From an uncultured Candidatus Saccharibacteria bacterium (GTDB taxonomy: Bacteria > Patescibacteriota > Saccharimonadia > Saccharimonadales > CAIOMD01): 64,000 bases of DNA. Positions 60,295 to 64,000 of the stretch are shown in pieces. Where the stretch lies: assembly GCA_963716565.1 (NCBI GenBank), contig OY970318.1, positions 256,830 to 320,829 of the forward strand, in the 5' to 3' direction. A program made the position numbers and the translations under genes. Position 1 is the first letter of the stretch. Every line of letters begins with the position of its first letter. Under the pieces are notes generated by a model. That model was given only the letters and a program-made list of their open reading frames with translations, did no database searches and was not told where the DNA came from.

Positions 60295-60528
60295 ATGAAT
60301 TACGAATTTGGAGGCGTTAACCATGGAGAAGAAGAGCCCAATTATGGTTATAGCCCTGAATTCACAGAGAAGATGCGCTTGAAAACTCAGGGTCTTTGCC
60401 CAGAAGATGAATATAAAGGTCAGCCTTGCATGTGCGCCAATTGCCCATATCCAAACGAATGCATTGATGCCGCTTGTGATGCTTGCGAGGGCCCCGTTTT
60501 AGAATGCGACCCAACCGAAAACAACTAA
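60295..60528 (+). CDS. small Cys-rich protein (8 Cys)
   Basis: MNYEFGG...CPEDEYKGQPCMCANCPYPNECIDAACDACEGPVLEC. TATTAT box 6 nt before ATG 60295. The track start at 60250 would lie only 6 nt past the ribozyme 3' end (60244) and upstream of that box. Confidence 0.5.
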   Translation: MNYEFGGVNHGEEEPNYGYSPEFTEKMRLKTQGLCPEDEYKGQPCMCANCPYPNECIDAACDACEGPVLECDPTENN

Positions 60529-60565
60529 CCCAACCCTGTTTTCTGTTTTTTGATATCATATGTTC

Positions 60566-60949
60566 ATGAAAACAATACTTGCTGATGCAATAAGCGGGCT
60601 CATCTTAAAAGATGGGACGGTCTTTGAAGAAATGTACAAATTGCTCGAATCCTATCCTAATTCAAAAATTGTACTAAGCGGGGCAAACGATGAAGAGTGG
60701 AAACAATTCAATTTAGATATTTCACCATACGAAATCTTTACCCTCAAACACAACCCCGAAAAAACCGACCCGGCATATTTTCGCACTCTACTAGAGCACT
60801 ATAACCTGAGCCCTGATGATGTCATTTACTTTGAACACAACGCCCAGGCTGCCCAAACCGCTGAATCGCTTGGTATTTGTACATACTTTTACGATCACAC
60901 AAAAGCAGATATAAGCGCCCTCAAAAACTTCCTAGATAAAAACTTGTAG
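60566..60949 (+). CDS. HAD-like hydrolase fold protein (degenerate motif I)
   Basis: LADAISG sits at the DxDGT position, and FEHNAQAAQTAESLG resembles HAD motif III/IV. TGATATCAT -10 box 6 nt before ATG 60566. Confidence 0.55.
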   Translation: MKTILADAISGLILKDGTVFEEMYKLLESYPNSKIVLSGANDEEWKQFNLDISPYEIFTLKHNPEKTDPAYFRTLLEHYNLSPDDVIYFEHNAQAAQTAESLGICTYFYDHTKADISALKNFLDKNL

Positions 60950-61222
60950 AACCTAGCCCCATAACCTTAACCAACCCCATTTTTCTGTTTTTGGTACAAT
61001 CTAACTACGTGGTGATAGACATTGAACTTACACTAAACAGATTTGGGCTGGGGAAGATTTCTAAAAACAAATTCCAGCTATTTTTTATTAGGTTTTCTAG
61101 GTGGAATGTTCCAGGCAAGCATTCGATTTCCTTCGAAATCAACTGGCGCACCAAAGATAAAAAATCCGGACTGAGCTAAATCCACCCCAAATCATTTTTC
61201 TGTTTTTTGATATCATCTGAGT

Positions 61223-61681
61223 ATGAAGAAACCATTGAAAGAACTCGAAAAGCAAATCCGCGAGCAAGCTGTAAAAGATGGTATCACGCATTTATCTACG
61301 GGTATCGCAATTATTAAAGATGGTAAAGTTTTGATTGTTCGCCGAGAGCCCAATGATTTTTTGGGCGGTTACTATGAACTGCCCGGCGGTGGAATTGATA
61401 AAGACGAGACGTTCTACGAAGCCGTAAAAAGGGAAGTATTAGAAGAAACCGGTTTAGAAGTTACTGCCATAACAAACATACTAAAGGGTTTCGATTACAC
61501 AACCAATAAAAAACCACGCGTTAGGCAAACTAACTTTACAGTTAGCGTTTCGCCTGGCGAAGTACAATTATCTAAAGAACATGATGATTACAAATGGATA
61601 AGCCCAGACGAGGTTGATGGATTTAACATGACCAAAGAGATAAAAACCTCCATCGAAGACACATTCAAGGATAGCCTTTAG
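61223..61681 (+). CDS. Nudix hydrolase
   Basis: Nudix box GGGIDKDETFYEAVKREVLEETGL. TGATATCAT -10 box 6 nt before the ATG. Confidence 0.9.
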   Translation: MKKPLKELEKQIREQAVKDGITHLSTGIAIIKDGKVLIVRREPNDFLGGYYELPGGGIDKDETFYEAVKREVLEETGLEVTAITNILKGFDYTTNKKPRVRQTNFTVSVSPGEVQLSKEHDDYKWISPDEVDGFNMTKEIKTSIEDTFKDSL

Positions 61682-61700
61682 GGGGCTTGGCAAAAACTTT

Positions 61701-62192
61701 ATGCAGAAATTTACCCAGAAATATACACTAGCGCACATTATTAAAAACCTGCCCGATGGCTATGAATTTTCTATGGAAGATTGGCCCCTACACGTAACCT
61801 TAGCTGATGTATTCGCAATACGGGGCAACCCACAAGATTTACTCAAACTTTTAGATAGTAAGCTCAGCAGCCTTAAACCAATAAAATCACAGGTTATTGG
61901 AGAAGATTGGCTTGGCATAGAAAACAAAGTTCATGTAATGCTAATTAATAAAACTGACACTCTGCAATCTTTGCATGAAGCTATTATTGATGTGCTAGAA
62001 GAATTTAAGGCAACCTTTAACACTCCTCAATTTATGCATGAAGGATTTAAGCCACACTCCACAGTCAAGGACAACAAGCAATTACGTGTTGGCGAGGAGG
62101 TTAACATTAACTCCGTGACTTTAATTGATATGTTCCCAAACAATAACCCTTGCCAGCGAAAAGCTTTGGGTACGATACATTTTTCAAAGTAG
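61701..62192 (+). CDS. 2H phosphoesterase superfamily protein (LigT-like)
   Basis: Two HxTx motifs: LHVTLA and PHSTVK. Confidence 0.68.
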   Translation: MQKFTQKYTLAHIIKNLPDGYEFSMEDWPLHVTLADVFAIRGNPQDLLKLLDSKLSSLKPIKSQVIGEDWLGIENKVHVMLINKTDTLQSLHEAIIDVLEEFKATFNTPQFMHEGFKPHSTVKDNKQLRVGEEVNINSVTLIDMFPNNNPCQRKALGTIHFSK

Positions 62193-62260
62193 CTTAGCTG
62201 AAGCCTTTGTTGTGCTTATAGCTGTAAGCATATACAATGCTTATGATTAATAAATAAAGG

Positions 62261-62914
62261 ATGGGCATGAACAAACTAGCAAAAGCAACGAAAGAACACA
62301 GCAAGTTAACAGATCAAACCGGCAGTATGCATTTAATGATAATTTTAGCAGTGGTTGTGGCCGCTGTTATTGGCGCCGGCATCTACGTGTGGAAATCACA
62401 GGATTCTAAAGATGCAGATACCGCCACTACGCAAGAACAAACAACAGATGACACTCAACCAGCAGTTTCTGGAGTAAGCACTACTCTATTGGGCGGCAGG
62501 CTAACAATGCTAGTTCCAGATGGCTGGACAAAGGGCACGGAACAAAACCTAATTAAAGATGTAGACGGCACCAGTTTTAGAGTAGCAATCCAGGCCCAAG
62601 GCGTGGACTTTTTGGCATCAGATACTGTTGGCGGTTATGCTACCGAGGTTTCTCAAGTAGAAACAACTCAAGGCACTACGCTTTACATTCTTAAGCTAGG
62701 ACTAACCGAAAGCACAACTAATTATGTTGTTAGCACATGTACTGCGAACGCTGGTTTTGGGTGCGCCCCAGTACTTGACGATAGCAAGCTATACGTAACG
62801 CTAGCTCCGCTTGGCGACGGCAGCTCAACTATAGCTCCGCTTGATTACACACTACCAGCAACCGCTACGGCACTTACCGATTTTGAAGCAATTGCCAGAG
62901 CACTACCTTTGTAA
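62261..62914 (+). CDS. membrane-anchored extracellular hypothetical protein
   Basis: N-terminal TM helix (LMIILAVVVAAVIGAGIYVW) followed by a Thr/Gln-rich linker. Confidence 0.62.
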   Translation: MGMNKLAKATKEHSKLTDQTGSMHLMIILAVVVAAVIGAGIYVWKSQDSKDADTATTQEQTTDDTQPAVSGVSTTLLGGRLTMLVPDGWTKGTEQNLIKDVDGTSFRVAIQAQGVDFLASDTVGGYATEVSQVETTQGTTLYILKLGLTESTTNYVVSTCTANAGFGCAPVLDDSKLYVTLAPLGDGSSTIAPLDYTLPATATALTDFEAIARALPL

Positions 62915-62949
62915 GTCTCCAAACACAACAAGATAGTACTTACATTATA

Positions 62950-62979
62950 AAAACCCAGGATTATAGCTCCTGGGTTTTT
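62950..62979. terminator. bidirectional terminator
   Basis: AAAACCCAGGA-TTATAGC-TCCTGGGTTTT between convergent genes. Confidence 0.75.
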
Positions 62980-63016
62980 AGATTTTCTACTACTCCAACC
63001 TCATTTTTTTGTTTTG

Positions 63017-64000
63017 CTATAATCCAACGATTTCCCACATAGCATCTTTGTTACGCCAGAATTCATCGTCCCACGAGCTAGACAGTTCCACTAGCAAGCC
63101 GGGCACACCAAGCTTTTCGCCAACCCAATCTTCGAAGGCCCCGCTAATGCTGTAATCGAAAACACTGCCCAAAGAATAGTAGGGAATAAACCAATAGTCT
63201 GCGTTGTAGGCATAGCTTTTGCCAACCGCTTCGGCATCACCAGCAATATTAGACTGCACCATGCCACCGTAACTATGGTAAGTAATCGCAAAGCGAATAT
63301 TATGCGATTGAATATAGCTGGCCAAAGCTGCAGTTTCTGGCTCTGAAAGGGGCGCTGGGCCACCAGTAGCAACCAAAATACCATTGCTATCGGGCTCCGT
63401 AACCATGCTAGACCAATCACTGGTAGGGAAGTTGCGGTTTAAATTAACGCCGTTGGCGTTCAAGCGGCTGCCACTAGCCACACCGTCTGGATTGGTAGAT
63501 GGAACAATCACCAAACTGACGTTTGTAGGAATTCTGTCTGGGCTAGCATCAAGTTCGTTTATCCATTTTTCTAGCAAAGTTTTTGAATTAGTTTCACTGC
63601 CATGCATGGCACCAACAAACAAAATAGTTTTACCGGCTGTACCAAACTGGCTGGCGATTATAGCCCTGCCTTGTACTGACGTACCTATGCTAAAGTTCGT
63701 ATGGCAGGTTGTCCTAAAATCGTAAGACCAAGCTGAGTTGCCACTAAACCCATAATTGCTTTTTATGTCGTTAGTTAATGAGATGTTCACTCGAGCACAA
63801 AGCGGGAAACCGCTATCTGGGTTGATAGCAATTGAGTTGCCGCTAATACTCACAGCAGCTGACGCACTAGCACCATTGACCTTCAGCGATACCACATCCG
63901 CTAATGATTGAGCAGCATCTAAAGTTTGATCAAAATAAACAACCAAATTGTTGTACAGACCCACTCCCGAGCTGCCAACATTGGTTTCGCTAACTTGTGG
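63017..64000 (-). CDS. M14 zinc carboxypeptidase family protein, 5' end beyond window
   Basis: HGSETNS (HxxE), NPDG, NANGVNLNRNFP and YHSYGG motifs. The frame stays open from 63964 to 64000, so the GTG in the track is probably internal. Confidence 0.85.
   Translation of the reverse strand, partial: PQVSETNVGSSGVGLYNNLVVYFDQTLDAAQSLADVVSLKVNGASASAAVSISGNSIAINPDSGFPLCARVNISLTNDIKSNYGFSGNSAWSYDFRTTCHTNFSIGTSVQGRAIIASQFGTAGKTILFVGAMHGSETNSKTLLEKWINELDASPDRIPTNVSLVIVPSTNPDGVASGSRLNANGVNLNRNFPTSDWSSMVTEPDSNGILVATGGPAPLSEPETAALASYIQSHNIRFAITYHSYGGMVQSNIAGDAEAVGKSYAYNADYWFIPYYSLGSVFDYSISGAFEDWVGEKLGVPGLLVELSSSWDDEFWRNKDAMWEIVGL

Noticed and set aside
53196-60958. CTAGCCCC 8-mer seen near three unit boundaries (about 53200, 56403, 60952) as a recombination core
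   Set aside because: An 8-mer is expected a couple of times by chance in 128 kb of two-strand sequence, and the flanks are not convincingly similar.

Overview
This 64-kb segment looks like a small-genome, Gram-positive-type bacterium, probably Patescibacteria/CPR and Saccharibacteria-like. That placement is inferred from gene content only. GC statements below are by eye, not computed.

Core region (1-37 kb): tRNA-Trp, rsgA, a Pif1/RecD-like helicase, and secE-nusG-rplK-rplA. It continues with dcd plus a tmk::thyX fusion, and an L10 leader with rplJ-rplL (no rpoBC follows). Then come dnaX-dnaB and ybaB-recR-DHH phosphoesterase-cysS. A minus-strand operon carries an alpha/beta hydrolase, two GT4 glycosyltransferases, queA and tgt. 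The region ends with a cysteine desulfurase, a CxxC membrane protein and an ABC-2 exporter.

Surface locus (37.3-46.2 kb): three giant secreted beta-propeller proteins (BNR/Asp-box, ELWxxDGT and a third repeat type). All three share one C-terminal Ig-like + LPNTG + TM anchoring module.

Accessory mosaic (48.9-62.2 kb): single-gene units including three Nudix genes (a fourth lies in the core region at 6785-7219), two GNAT genes, and HD, MBL, methyltransferase, CYTH, GGCT, RidA, peptidase S51, P-loop kinase, HAD-like and 2H phosphoesterase genes. These are interleaved with visibly G+C-richer orphan ORFs.

Most notable findings:
1. Two + strand sequences (56922-56972 and 60192-60244) match the complete type III hammerhead ribozyme core. 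Helices I and III show compensatory changes between the copies. Each sits at the 3' end of a G+C-rich orphan gene.
2. tRNA-Gln is followed 167 nt later by a duplicate of its own 3' end, an att-like scar.
3. At least 18 genes have a -10 box (most with a TGn extension) 6-7 nt upstream of the ATG, which implies leaderless mRNAs. Three of these share an identical 19-nt module.
4. The three adhesin-like proteins share one modular anchor.

No rRNA, CRISPR array, transposase or integrase was seen.
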